A stretch of DNA of 64,000 bases from Octopus bimaculoides. Its lineage: Eukaryota. Both the position numbers and the translations under genes were made by a program. Location: positions 92,993,114-93,057,113 of the forward strand of contig NC_068981.1 in NCBI RefSeq assembly GCF_001194135.2, written 5' to 3'. This document shows, one piece after another, positions 25,416 through 39,651 of this stretch; position 1 is the first letter of the stretch; each line of letters starts with the position of its first letter. The notes beneath the pieces are model-generated. The model did not search any database. It saw only the letters and a list, made by a program, of their open reading frames with translations, and had not been told where the DNA came from.

Positions 25416-26184
25416 CCATATATACAAGTATATATACATATATATGTAATTATGTACANNNNNNNNNNNNNNNNNNNNNNNNNNNNNNNNNNNNNNNNNN
25501 NNNNNNNNNNNNNNNNNNNNNNNNNNNNNNNNNNNNNNNNNNNNNNNNNNNNNNNNNNNNNNNNNNNNNNNNNNNNNNNNNNNNNNNNNNNNNNNNNNNN
25601 NNNNNNNNNNNNNNNNNNNNNNNNNNNNNNNNNNNNNNNNNNNNNNNNNNNNNNNNNNNNNNNNNNNNNNNNNNNNNNNNNNNNNNNNNNNNNNNNNNNN
25701 NNNNNNNNNNNNNNNNNNNNNNNNNNNNNNNNNNNNNNNNNNNNNNNNNNNNNNNNNNNNNNNNNNNNNNNNNNNNNNNNNNNNNNNNNNNNNNNNNNNN
25801 NNNNNNNNNNNNNNNNNNNNNNNNNNNNNNNNNNNNNNNNNNNNNNNNNNNNNNNNNNNNNNNNNNNNNNNNNNNNNNNNNNNNNNNNNNNNNNNNNNNN
25901 NNNNNNNNNNNNNNNNNNNNNNNNNNNNNNNNNNNNNNNNNNNNNNNNNNNNNNNNNNNNNNNNNNNNNNNNNNNNNNNNNNNNNNNNNNNNNNNNNNNN
26001 NNNNNNNNNNNNNNNNNNNNNNNNNNNNNNNNNNNNNNNNNNNNNNNNNNNNNNNNNNNNNNNNNNNNNNNNNNNNNNNNNNNNNNNNNNNNNNNNNNNN
26101 NNNNNNNNNNNNNNNNNNNNNNNNNNNNNNNNNNNNNNNNNNNNNNNNNNNNNNNNNNNNNNNNNNNNNNNNNNNNNNNNNNNN

Positions 26185-26300
26185 CAGTTTCCGTCTACCA
26201 AATCCACTCACAATGCTTTGGTCCACCCGAAGCTATAGAAAAAACACTTGCCTAAGGAACCATATAGTAGGGTAGCAAGTTTCGTATCACACACCCACGC
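26185..26300 (-). mobile_element. SINE family B, 5' fragment
   Basis: cagtttccgtctaccaaatccactcacaa...ctatagaaaaaacacttgcctaagg. Confidence 0.75.
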
Positions 26301-26964
26301 CTGTATGTATATAATGGAAAGAATCAAAGTTTTAAGTCTCCACTTGTTTGATCTCAGACAAGAATCATCGCAATTACGGTGTATTAAATAGTAAACATTT
26401 TATATAATTTTTAAGGATAAAGTTGAAGATATTCCTGAGAGCAAGAAAAAACTGAATTCTGTTTTCTTTTCGTTAAATTTTAGATATTTATTATCCATTT
26501 TCACTTGAAGTGTTAAATCATGCCATTTCGTTGTGGACGGATGTATGTGTGCATCTATTTGCGTATGTTTCGGAGAAGTACGTATTGGTCATTAAATACA
26601 AATTTGCTTAAAATTAGGCAGCAAGACCAATAGTTTTATTGGATTGAAGTAACCTTGTAACATTTCAGTATATTTTAATGCTACATTAGTCCGTAATTAT
26701 CCGTAATTCACATTCGCAGAGATAAAAAATACCGTCTCTGCATGTCATCCAATCGGCCAATTTCCACAATAAATTCTTGCTCAACCAGACCTTAATATGT
26801 ATGCAGCTCTCTTTTTCTGAGATGGTAAGTGTATATGTACGGGTGTCTGTAAACTTTATAGGAGTGCATATCTATGCAAACTCATACATACACGTATGCG
26901 CGCACCCTCACACGCTCCCACCCAAACACACACACACATATATATACACATATATTCTAGACGG

Positions 26965-29378
26965 AAGCACATGGCGGAGAACCCTTCCCACTTTAGAATT
27001 TCTTTTTTTTATATAAAACCCCACGTTATCGGCAGTTGAGATTCCGATTCTGAAAAAAATTTTCGTAAGTTGCATCTTCAAAAATTTAATACCCGTCATT
27101 TCGTTATTTTCATTTTTTAGGATTTTTTTTTTTTTTTTTGCGAAATTCGTAGTTATGATTGTGAAAACAAATTGTTTGTAAAATTTCAATTTTTCAGAAA
27201 AAAAAAGAAAAGATTACCCGAAACCCTCCCCTCCCGTTTCTACAGCCTTGGCCTTCAGGCAGGCTATCCACATGCTAGAAATAACAGCCAAATCACACAA
27301 AACTGGGATAACATAATGAAATATGTAATCAATCTACTCACCTTTCTGCAAAGATTTCTTTCAGAGTAATTTCCCGCAGTAATATGACAAAGTGAAATTA
27401 AAGTGTTNNNNNNNNNNNNNNNNNNNNNNNNNNNNNNNNNNNNNNNNNNNNNNNNNNNNNNNNNNNNNNNNNNNNNNNNNNNNNNNNNNNNNNNNNNNNN
27501 NNNNNNNNNNNNNNNNNNNNNNNNNNNNNNNNNNNNNNNNNNNNNNNNNNNNNNNNNNNNNNNNNNNNNNNNNNNNNNNNNNNNNNNNNNNNNNNNNNNN
27601 NNNNNNNNNNNNNNNNNNNNNNNNNNNNNNNNNNNNNNNNNNNNNNNNNNNNNNNNNNNNNNNNNNNNNNNNNNNNNNNNNNNNNNNNNNNNNNNNNNNN
27701 NNNNNNNNNNNNNNNAATTTTTTTTTACAACGGAAACCTCTGCCAACGGAAACCTCTCCATATTTTTCTACGTATTTTGCAAGTAAAAAAACATTCCAGA
27801 AAAAGTGAAAAATGAAGAAATGGGGTTGAGGAATTGAAATTTTGAAGTTGTGATTTTCAATTTTTGTTTTTTTCAGGATCGGAATCTCCGTAGCCGAAAA
27901 GGTGGTGTTCCGTAAAAAAAAAAAAACTTTAAAACGGGGAGGGGTCCATTTAAGTTTCTGCCATGTGCGTCGTGAAAAAATACAGCAGGGTTCGACACGA
28001 TCCCCTGCCGGAGCCTCGTGGAGATTTAGGAATTCAGAAGTACAAAGCTATTATACGTCTAAGCAATAAAAATCGTCCAGGTTGTCATTCTATTGTAACT
28101 GGGATAACATAATGAAATATGTAATCAAACTACTCACCTTTTTGCAAAGATTTCTTTCAGAGTAATTTCCCGCAGTAATATGACAAAATGAAATTAAAGT
28201 GTTCATATTTTAATTTCCCTTTTTTTTTTTTTGAACGTTACAAAAAATATGAGTGCAGAAATAACAACAAACACTTTTGAAAAAAAGAAAAGTAAAAATA
28301 GCAAAGGAACGCTGTGACAGAGAGAAATTAAAGTGGTATTTCTTTTTTTTTTTTTTTTACAACTGAAACCTCCACCATGTACGCCGGTAGAATTTAGGTG
28401 GGATGGACTTCGGCAATGTGTTTGAGAAATTCTGGAAATTCTCCTTCGCCGTAAATCCATACATTTCTCGATACATAGATTCGCCGAAACGAGACCATTT
28501 CATATCGCCCGATGATCCAGTGACATACTTCGACCGTCTTTTGATTCGGGATCAATAGGCCTGTACGTGGTTTGTGCAAGCGCCGGTTTCAGGTTCAACG
28601 AATTTCTGTGAATGGTTTACCGTTCGGTGAATATATGGAAGTTACTATAAATTTCTATAGCTGGCCCATTTATTGGTATGAATTATAGTGCCGGGTAACA
28701 CATTTTCTATTATCAGAGTTTCCAATGTTGCTGTGTTTCTGTTGGATACGCGCTGTAAACATCGTTTCTTCACAGCGATGTCATAACACCCGACAACCCG
28801 CGTCTGATAGCCTATCCGCCCTAGGTTGTCATAGCCTCCCTCCCTTTGTCATATTACTGCGGGAAATTACTCTGGAAGAAATCTTTGCCGAAAGGTGTGT
28901 AGATTGATTACATATTTGTTTCAATATGTTATCGCATCTTTGTGAGATTTGACTGTTATTTCTAGCATGCGGATAGCGTACTTAAGGCCAAGGCCGTAGA
29001 ATTGGGAGGGGTTAAGGTAATTTTTTTTTCTTGAAAGATTGAAATTTTACAAACCATTTTTCTTTTTTTTTTTCAGAATCATATCATANNNNNNNNNNNN
29101 NNNNNNNNNNNNNNNNNNNNNNNNNNNNNNNNNNNNNNNNNNNNNNNNNNNNNNNNNNNNNNNNNNNNNNNNNNNNNNNNNNNNNNNNNNNNNNNNNNNN
29201 NNNNNNNNNNNNNNNNNNNNNNNNNNNNNNNNNNNNNNNNNNNNNNNNNNNNNGAATACAGTAGGGTTCGACACGATCCGCTGCCGGAGCCTCGTGGAGA
29301 TTTAGGAATTCAGAAGTACAAAGCTATCATACACCTAAGCAATAAACATCGTCCAGGTTGTCATTCTATTGTAACTGC
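26965..29378. mobile_element. Rearranged foldback/non-autonomous DNA element with internal direct and inverted duplications
   Basis: 26968-27125 inverted at 27830-27970; 27165-27270 inverted at 28975-29065; 27300-27407 repeated at 28097-28205 and inverted at ~28845-28935; 27975-28100 repeated at 29255-29378. Confidence 0.6.
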
Positions 29379-29379
29379 G

Positions 29380-30404
29380 CGTGATATTCACTACATCCAA
29401 CGTGGTTTCATGAGCGACAGGGGTTGTACCGCTTCATCTGTGGCCCAAGAGGTGTGTTCTGTTACCAGAAAGAGTGTACCCATCCAAACGGTTCGCCGAA
29501 GTTTGACCCAGTGTGGTCTCGTAGACGCATTCCTCGTAGGGGGTCTCTCTTCATTATCAGGCATAAATTAAGTCACCTTTTTTTTACCGAAACCTATGTG
29601 AGTAAGAGGAAGGAGTTTTGGAATAGAATTCTTTGTTCTGACGAAACGAAAATTATCTTGTTTGGGTCAGATGGTATTAAACGAGTGTGCCAACGACCAG
29701 GTGAAGATAACAGCGAGACATGCACCGTGCCTACCGTGAAATACAACGGCGGAAGTGTTATGCTCTGGGGGCGCATGAGTGCGGCTGGCATGGGAGGACT
29801 GACATTTATTGAGAGAACAATGTATTCAAGGCTTTATTGTGACATATTGCAGAAAACAATGTTGAAAAGCATCAAGTTCCAATATGATAATGACCCTAAA
29901 CACACTTCAAAGAAAGACGACTAAGATTTTATCTAATAAAAAGTAAAAGGTATTACCTTACCCTACCATGTCACCTGATATAAATCCAATTGAACATCTG
30001 TGGGGTCTTTTGAAAAGGAAGGTTGAGGAGAAAACACCCCGCAATGTAACACAGTTGAAAGACATCATTCTGGATGAATGGTGTACTATCTCATCGGTTT
30101 TATGCGGAAATAAGTCGACTCTATGCCAATACGACTTGATGCAGCCATTGAAAGCAAGGGTGATCACACCAAATATTGAATATAGGAAATAATCCTTTAG
30201 GATGTACATGTTTTTGTATCGTTTGAAAATTAATATTTCGTTCATATCCTTGAAAATGTTTATTGTTTTGTATTCCAAATTTGTATAATGAATGCATGTT
30301 TTTTATTCAGTATAAATTTCGTTTGATTTCCTTTGATATTATCAGAATAATGGCAATTTTACTGAAAATTTTTAGGGGTATACATACTTCTGTGTGATAC
30401 TGTA
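29380..30404 (+). mobile_element. Tc1-family (DD34E-type) transposon fossil, 5'-truncated
   Basis: SDETKI, GGSVMLWG, FQYDNDPKH and SPDINPIEHLW motifs with frameshifts. Right end ...tgtgtgatactg|TA at 30402-30404. Confidence 0.9.
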
Positions 30405-31631
30405 TATAAATTTTCGAGTGTGTATAAGTGAATGCGTAAATATATAGCACACGTAAATCGATGTATGTGTCGATCTATGTATTTATGCGAATAGTAAAAC
30501 GTTGGCCAGGAAACAAGATGTAACTCAGTATAGAATAGAACCCATCATTAATCCTTCCACTGATTAAATTGAATAAAGAAAAAAGTATGCATATTTCAAG
30601 TAATTAAACGTTTCTTCTGTTACACCCAATAATATAAAGCATTGCTTCAATGTTATTAATTAATCTATTAATTGAAATATTTGAATTTAGTCTTTTATCT
30701 TTATTTTATGTCATTTTTTTTCTAATCAATGGAAATATTTTACTCCACCCACTTATAGAAAGAATACACTGACTGTATTCTCAAGCAACTGTACGTAAAG
30801 AAGGACAAATATTTACGTCTTATATGCAAATATATTCTTGCTGTGTCTCTATGTGTCTGTTGTATTTATATGTAGTCTTTTGCATATTAAATTAAACGGC
30901 ATAACATAAGACTTGAGCCGAAACAATGCCGTTTTGTAAAAATTATCAGAGAACGTAGCATGAAATTTAATTCAGTTTATATAATTTCTCTTTATAATAA
31001 TAAAAACTATATTCCAATAGTAAGTTTTAATATACGTTTTGTTTTATTAGAATCTATTGAAGATTAGTAATTAATAGTAATTTTAAAACTAATCTAGATA
31101 ATTTAGTCTTCAGTTAGTGCGTTTATTGTTTAACACAAAGGTATTTGCAAAACAACTAAATAATTATAATGGAAATAAAAGATAATTAATTCAATAGAAC
31201 TAAAATACATTATTTTCCCCTAAATATGCTACATGGTTCATTCATTTAACTGCATGAGATTACCTATTCCCCAAAGAATAATACTCAGTAAAACATAAAA
31301 TTATCCTCCTTACATATTTGAGCAAATACATGAATGTGTTTCAATATTATTAAAAACGTAATTGCAATTATTCATATAAACCATATAATAATTTGAATTA
31401 TTTTTATGCAATTAGATAAAGCACTTAGATACTTTCATATATTTTACAAAGAGGAAGATCTGAACCAGCTTGTTCGGGAAATGTGAGTTCACCAAGATTA
31501 GTCATTAAAGAAATATGTAATTATCTGAGAGGAATTTCAGGAATAAATGACCATTGCTTCTCGGTGTATGTCAATATAGCCTTTGCTTGAAAACATTTTA
31601 TCATTACTACAAATATTCTTGGAGATTATAC

Positions 31632-31679
<48 letters not shown>

Positions 31680-32689
31680 ATATATATATATATATATATA
31701 TNNNNNNNNNNNNNNNNNNNNNNNNNNNNNNNNNNNNNNNNNNNNNNNNNNNNNNNNNNNNNNNNNNNNNNNNNNNNNNNNNNNNNNNNNNNNNNNNNNN
31801 NNNNNNNNNNNNNNNNNNNNNNNNNNNNNNNNNNNNNNNNNNNNNNNNNNNNNNNNNNNNNNNNNNNNNNNNNNNNNNNNNNNNNNNNNNNNNNNNNNNN
31901 NNNNNNNNNNNNNNNNNNNNNNNNNNNNNNNNNNNNNNNNNNNNNNNNNNNNNNNNNNNNNNNNNNNNNNNNNNNNNNNNNNNNNNNNNNNNNNNNNNNN
32001 NNNNNNNNNNNNNNNNNNNNNNNNNNNNNNNNNNNNNNNNNNNNNNNNNNNNNNNNNNNNNNNNNNNNNNNNNNNNNNNNNNNNNNNNNNNNNNNNNNNN
32101 NNNNNNNNNNNNNNNNNNNNNNNNNNNNNNNNNNNNNNNNNNNNNNNNNNNNNNNNNNNNNNNNNNNNNNNNNNNNNNNNNNNNNNNNNNNNNNNNNNNN
32201 NNNNNNNNNNNNNNNNNNNNNNNNNNNNNNNNNNNNNNNNNNNNNNNNNNNNNNNNNNNNNNNNNNNNNNNNNNNNNNNNNNNNNNNNNNNNNNNNNNNN
32301 NNNNNNNNNNNNNNNNNNNNNNNATATACATTTGTGTATGTGTGTAATTGTGCGTGTGCGCGCGCGCACGTGTGGCTGTGTGTGTGTTTGTGTGTATAAA
32401 TGTATGTGTATACATATGCATATATATGTATGTGTATATATATATATATGTATGTATGTATGTTTGTATGTATGTATGTATGTATGTATGTATGTATGTA
32501 TAACAACGTTTTGTGTTTCTATAGACAGAGAGACAAACGCACATGCATTTAAGGTAAATCCTCACTAAATACAAGTTACTTTGCAGAAATAATTGGTATG
32601 ATAAAGCACTGAATGCTTAGTTGCTCGTACAGTATGTCTCCTCTCATTTCAATCGAAGAAGGGATCATAGTATATGTTGCATACAGAGG

Positions 32690-33275
32690 TATGTTAGCTT
32701 TAGAACATCGGCTTATATTCAGAGTCGAAGGCTTTTAGAGCTTACAAAGATTATTACAATAGCATATTAGTTTGACCCGTTCATTTGTCTGTGAAGTAGA
32801 GGCATATTCCAACAATGATATCCCTTCAGTGGATGTTTTTATTGCCGGTGCTGGGTTAACAATTAAGCAAAATATGCACGTGCTTAGGGTGTCAAGGGAA
32901 GGAGGGGGCACCACACAAATGTTAAATGGTTTACGACACATAAGAAATCACTTTAAACTAGCTGAAATAATACTCGGGATGCGTTTATCTCTACTAAGCA
33001 TAGATGCAGAGGAGTAACCTAAGATTAATTTTGAGGATCTGATCAAAGATTTTGCAATTCAAAAAAGTGGGAGGAAACTTTTCAAATATAAATAAAATGG
33101 AAGTATACAAAAATAAACATTATTTTCCTTCTTACTATTTAGTTTCGTTTTGGTAAATAGAAAAAAATATATTTTATGGTCTGTTATTGTTTATATTTTG
33201 AATTTCATAATCTTTTATGGGGGCACCAAAATCTTTTAAGGGCTTAGGGCCTCAATCGGTTTTAATCCGGCCCTG
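32690..33275 (+). mobile_element. hAT transposon 3' fragment (C-terminal dimerisation region plus right TIR)
   Basis: LSLLSIDAEE*PKINFEDLIKDFAIQKSGRKLF (~32980-33083). Right end ttaatccggccctg at 33262-33275. Confidence 0.7.
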
Positions 33276-33494
33276 GTTATAGCTAAGAAAAATACTGAAT
33301 AGAAAATGTTGACACATGAGATGGTAGACCGAAACAAAAATGTGGAAAATTTCATCGCCACACATACGCGTACGCATTGAGATCAATGTATTTCCTACAA
33401 ATTTTATGAATACGTATATGACTACATGTATATTCCTTTATTGCCCACAGGGGGATAAACATAGAGTGGACAAACAAGGACAGACAAATGGTTT

Positions 33495-33605
33495 AAGATT
33501 CCAGTGCGTAACTGGTACTTATTTAATTGACCTCAAAAGGATGAAAGGAAAAGTCGACCTCGGCGGAGTTTGAACTCAGAACATAACGGCAGACGAAATA
33601 CCGGA
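33495..33605 (-). mobile_element. SINE family A fragment
   Basis: aactggtacttattt...aaagtcgacctcggcggagtttgaactcagaac. Confidence 0.85.
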
Positions 33606-34762
33606 GAGTAAAATATAATCCAAAGTAGACAAAGAAATACTTGAATGAAATCACATCTTCAATGATCAGTTACGATGAGGTAAGCGGAATGAAGAAGAGG
33701 AAGCAGAAGTGCCAAGGCTATGAAGAAAGGAGAAGAAGGCAATATAGATCTAATCATTTTATGGGAGAAAAATTATTTGTTCACCACTAGCGACAACATT
33801 AAATGGAGAAAAGGGATAAACAGTTGTAATTGATAACGATGACAATTACTATTGGCGGAATACTTACAGTGAGAGGGGGGTGGGGAGAATAAAATCAACC
33901 TAATGATAAAAATAATGATACTAATGTATTTGATAGGAGAAATGATGTGGGTGGTACAGTGTAGCAATAAGGCACATGATAGCTAGCATGAGTATTACGT
34001 GACCTGAGAATATGAGATGCGGAGATAAATAGGAGAAAAAGAAATGAAAATTAGGGGAAAAGCTAGTGGGGGTGAGTATGCCCAAAATAGTTCAATCAGA
34101 AACCTAGAATTAAGGAATTAACTGAAAAATAGTCAAGAAATTTATAAATTGTGTTAGTCGTGAACGAGTATAGATTAGGTGAATTGAAGAGAAACAAAAT
34201 AAAGGAAGAAAATTCAAAATTTGCGTTTGTCGAAGTGCGTATAGATGCAAGTGTGTATGTTTTGGTTGCAGAGAAAGCTACTTCTTAATTTTTGAAATTA
34301 TTAACGATTTTCATTGCACCATGCTAACATAACTACCACTAAGATTTGTGTTGTATTGGTTTCCTTTAACAACAAAGAATTAGATTTATATTTCCTATTC
34401 TGTATAGTGATGGTAAAGATCATAATCCATTCAACCTGTCAGCCTTTTTCTTCGCGCCTATGTTTTTCTTGTCATTCTTCATCTAAATGGATAATATAAA
34501 GCATCTGTTTTTGCCTAGGCTACTTAAAACACCGGAGCAAGTTTCCAATCAAACGCAAAAAGAAAACAAGGGCAGCATATACACAAACTGTTCAGCATAA
34601 TGAAAGATGGAGGCTGAGTGAAAGGGAGATAATAACGGTGACCCAGCCGAGCTAAGATGCGCAAATGCGTGTGTGTGAGAGAATTGTGTGCGTGGGTGTG
34701 GTGTGTGAATAGGTACGAGCGCGTGTGAACGTATGTGTGCGTGAACTTAAAATTATAGGCCT

Positions 34763-34796
<34 letters not shown>

Positions 34797-35184
34797 NNNN
34801 NNNNNNNNNNNNNNNNNNNNNNNNNNNNNNNNNNNNNNNNNNNNNNNNNNNNNNNNNNNNNNNNNNNNNNNNNNNNNNNNNNNNNNNNNNNNNNNNNNNN
34901 NNNNNNNNNNNNNNNNNNNNNNNNNNNNNNNNNNNNNNNNNNNNNNNNNNNNNNNNNNNNNNNNNNNNNNNNNNNNNNNNNNNNNNNNNNNNNNNNNNNN
35001 NNNNNNNNNNNNNNNNNNNNNNNNNNNNNNNNNNNNNNNNNNNNNNNNNNNNNNNNNNNNNNNNNNNNNNNNNNNNNNNNNNNNNNNNNNNNNNNNNNNN
35101 NNNNNNNNNNNNNNNNNNNNNNNNNNNNNNNNNNNNNNNNNNNNNNNNNNNNNNNNNNNNCCGATCTGTATGTATGTATGTATA

Positions 35185-35217
<33 letters not shown>

Positions 35218-35974
35218 AAACACACATAGGCGCTTTTATTTTGATTTATATTTATATAATTTAAGCACGGGTTCACAATACTAAATTACTGTCAACTATG
35301 GTTCGTATGTTTCACTATGGAACTAAATAAACAACTTCTACAACTTCAAAAATTTTAAATAACACTGACAATAATAGAGGACATGAACGTATATAATCAG
35401 ATGTAAACAATAGAAGAATATTACACGCAATAAATAATCTAGAAAATACATAAAGTGTTGTATATATGATGCCATTTCTTCTGTGTTATTAGGAGACCTG
35501 GAGGAAATTATCATACATTCAGGCGAATAAGACATACAAGTGCAATGCGGTTGCCGGCAGTAACGAACTACAAGTGGTCAGAAAACTAATCGATCGATGT
35601 AGACGTGATTTCACGTTGTATGTGGTAAATATAATTCCTAAAGGTAAATACTTACACATACAATCTCACATGCACACGCAGGCATGACCACAGAAAAGCA
35701 AATAATACGCGGCAATATTCATATTATATTTATATAAGTTTCATTTCATTTTGCACCAGATATAGACATCTAGTCTAGAGTGTTCTCTCTCTTTTCGTTA
35801 TGATATATTATTTAACAGTTTTTCACTATCAGTCTCATATTTCATTTGTATGTCGCATACGTGGGACTCAGTGTCTCGAAATATTAATTCTCAACTTTTT
35901 AATATTTTTTTTCCACAAACTACATTCAGTTTTGAACATGCATTTTCCGTCTTGGGCAGGTGTTCCTATTATTG

Positions 35975-36040
35975 CCTCGGGCCCACCAATGCCTCGTGAG
36001 TAGATTTGGTAGACGGAAACTGAAAGAAGCCCGCTGTATG

Positions 36041-36081
<41 letters not shown>

Positions 36082-36094
36082 GAANNNNNNNNNN

Positions 36095-36135
<41 letters not shown>

Positions 36136-36370
36136 GTATGTATATACCTCTATGTGTGTGTTGTCTTTGTATCTATCTTTGTTCCGACATCACCACTTGA
36201 CAACCGGTGTATGTGTGTATACGCCCGCGTAACTTAGCAATCTAGCAAACGGGACTGCTAGAGTAAGTACTAGGCTTTAAGAAATGAGTCTTACGTTTGG
36301 ACAAAAACCTCTGAAGGCGGTGCTCCAGCATGGCCCATATATCAAATGACTGAAACCCGTAAATGAATAA
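35975..36370 (+). mobile_element. SINE family B (5'-truncated) with internal (TA)n
   Basis: ccttgtgag-like segment, ggtagacggaaactgaaagaagcccg, ttgacaaccg, ggcggtgctccagcatggcc. Confidence 0.85.
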
Positions 36371-36376
36371 AAGGTT

Positions 36377-36416
<40 letters not shown>

Positions 36417-36500
36417 GGGACGGGAAAGAAAAAGAAAGAGAGAGGAAGAGACACACACAGATTGAACAGGTAGATAGCTACATAGATATAGATACATACA

Positions 36501-36534
<34 letters not shown>

Positions 36535-36629
36535 CATACATACATACATACATGCATGCATACATACATACATACATACATATATACATACATACATACA
36601 TACATACAAATATACAAACAACATACACA

Positions 36630-37856
36630 CATGGTGCGGTAAGTATTTAAGATCATATGCACTTTTAGTCATTATTTTATTTGACTAATTTTTATGGAAC
36701 TTCTATTTCAGAAAATAACAATGACAGGCTCTATGCTTACTAATGAAATAAAAAAACCACGTTGTGATTGTCGCTTTGAAAGTTAAGCATGGTGATTTAG
36801 AAATTTCTAGATATTTCTATAATATCTTTTGTGCACAAAAGTCGTTGCGAGTTAGAGGAAGAAGATGGAAGCGTATTGCCTGTATGAAAACGAAGAAAAA
36901 ACATTCCAAACGCTCTACTTCTATCAAAACACCACAATTTATCCAGGAAGTTAAGCAAAACATTGACGACAATCTAGGAAAACCAATGTGGTTAATTGCA
37001 AAAAAAAAATCCTGTGTAAAAAATAAAAGCAATCAGAAATGTTGTGTGTGGAGACATCAGATAGAAATCTTGAGTAGAGGTCAATTCATGTCAGGAAAAA
37101 CAAAGGAAAACCGTTCAACTAGAAACAAAAGATCTTTGAACAAACTTTACAATCCATCAGAAGAAGGTGTGATTTGGTTTCTCTCAGATGCAAAAAACTT
37201 TGACCAGGACCAGAAAACTAACGCAAGAAATGACAGATGGGTATGTACAGATACTTCTGAGGTTCCAATAATAATGCACATTCCTGCAAGTGTCATGATG
37301 ATTTTAGGTGTTGCTATCAATGAAGGACATGTAATGCCTCTTCACTTTTTTTCACAAGGTCTTATGGTGAATGTTGCTGCGTATTTTGAGGATCTGGATA
37401 ACGTTGTTAAGGTTTGGATCAACGGTGTATGCAATAGAAAGCCGTATGTCTTTCAGCAATATTCTGTACCATCACACACGGCTCAAATGGCACGAATGGA
37501 TGGCCGATAATTTACATGATCACATCACCCCCAACATTTGGCCACCCACTTCTGCAGATCTCACTCCATTGGACTACTATGCATGGAGCATCGTTGAGAA
37601 TAATGTTAATGAACATCCCCATAGCACCAAAGATCTTTTGAAACCTGCCATAGTACTTAATCCGAGCTTGTAAACGATTTCCACACCGCGCAAAGGCAGT
37701 CATTGAAGCTGATGGTGGTTTTATTGCATAAAATTATTAAATTGATAATTTAACTTTACGTTTATGTTATTGTTATAAAAAACCAATTTTTTCTGTTATT
37801 ATATAAGCGTTATTTTTAACCATAAATCTATCCTCGAATGCCGTCCACACCCTGTA
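36630..37856 (+). mobile_element. maT/DD37D-type Tc1-mariner transposon fossil
   Basis: WFLSDAKNFDQDQK, YVFQQY(D->Y)S.PSH, WPPTSADLTPLDYY, with 37 residues between the last two catalytic positions after one frameshift correction. Right TIR ...gccgtccacaccctg|TA; left TIR degenerate at ~36630. Confidence 0.88.
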
Positions 37857-37894
37857 CATACATACATACGTACATACATACATACATACATACA

Positions 37895-37928
<34 letters not shown>

Positions 37929-39344
37929 CATATGTACTATATATGTACGCATATTAGTGCCTCCGTGTGTTTGTTACTTAGTACGTATGGATATATATTT
38001 CTTTGTATACCTTTGTATTTGGGTCTGAATATTAATTGAAGGAAACATTTACATAATGTATCGCTATGATTTCGATAACAGAAAATTCATTGACGAAATA
38101 GCAATTAAGATTACTAGTGTTATAGGTCACATATAACACCAACTGGATTTTATAGGATAATTGCCTTGGGAAATGATTTCTCAAAGACAGAATATTTACA
38201 TTTCTAGGCTTGCAAGATCAACCTGTACTATTACGAACGCATATTCAACAAGAGAATACAATTGTTTGCAAATGACATTCAGATCAGCAATGATTTAAAT
38301 TGCATATATAGATTCGTTTGTGTCATGCAGATAGGTCTTTTATTAATAATAAATATGCTTTATGTTAGTAAAATATTAAACATTAATATTGATGTTAGGT
38401 GCATGAAGCTGGTATCTAGTGTCATGTTTTATTGATCTTAATTTGGTGTGATGATGGAAATCCGTCGCATGTAACATTCCTTGTTCTTAAGGCTAATGCT
38501 CATATCGAGTAGGCGTGGCAGTCTACATTTTACCGTGCTTCCACATAAATTCTTTATATTGAATTTCTATATACCACATCGAATCATTATATTTTTCAAG
38601 CAAGATAAAGAAAAACTCTACACATTTAACTCCTCTGTACATGCAGCATAAACGATCAATACCTGTAGGAACAAACGTTAGGCGAGCGTCGTGGGAGATT
38701 ACGACGCCGTGCGGAATTCTTGGGTAAAATCTTTTAGAGTATGTTCAAGAGGGAGAAGCGTATTCACTGGGATGCTGAGGAGTAAATGTGACTAAAAATT
38801 AAAGTAGGTTTTCCGAAATGAAGTTGCCTAGTTTATAAAGCTCTCCTTGTTAAGGAAGGATATAGTATTTTTGTATATAGTTGGTAAGCACTCTCTTGCT
38901 ATCGCTGTGATGCGAAGGATGAGATAACTGGCATGAAGTGCAACGGATTAAGACCTGCTTTACATTGCTGATGCCTACTTTTCATTTGCTGAAATAGAAA
39001 TAAATACATTTCGAATGACGGTGAGTGATTGAATTCCTTCAAGAGTGTCAAATTTACTACAGCTATAAACGTGCAATGTGTGGGCTGAGATAGTAGGCTC
39101 TGGTTGTGCGTGATATATGTAGTGAAATATCAAGCTGAATGATTTTTGTAACACATTAGAATAATTAATGTCTTAGGACATGCCATTGCGATCTGTCTAA
39201 AATGAATTGTCTTTACGCATCGCTGATTTAGTGTTCGGCAAATATTACAGATAAGCGAACTATGAGATATGCTTAACGACAATGTTGATGAAGACGATCA
39301 ACTTTTAAAAAGAGCAGTAGCTATTTAGCCCAAAGTTATACGTC

Positions 39345-39511
39345 CTTGACAAGCCTTGTGGTGTGGTTAACAAGCTCGCCGTGCAACCACGTGGTTACAG
39401 GTTCAGCTCTTCTGTTGGGTAATTTGGGTAAATGTCTTTTATGATAGCCCCAGACAAACCAATGCTTTTGAAATGAATTTGGTAGACGGAATCCATGTGG
39501 AAGTCCGTAAC

Positions 39512-39578
<67 letters not shown>

Positions 39579-39615
39579 TATATGTATCTATATATAATAT
39601 ATATATACATATAAT

Positions 39616-39651
<36 letters not shown>

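Noticed and set aside
25323-26255. Long ORFs in the track here and at 31.5-32.6, 34.5-35.3, 40.9-41.9, 49.2-49.8 and 61.7-62.6 kb
   Set aside because: They are open only because of N-runs and YI/HT/CV/ER microsatellite translations.
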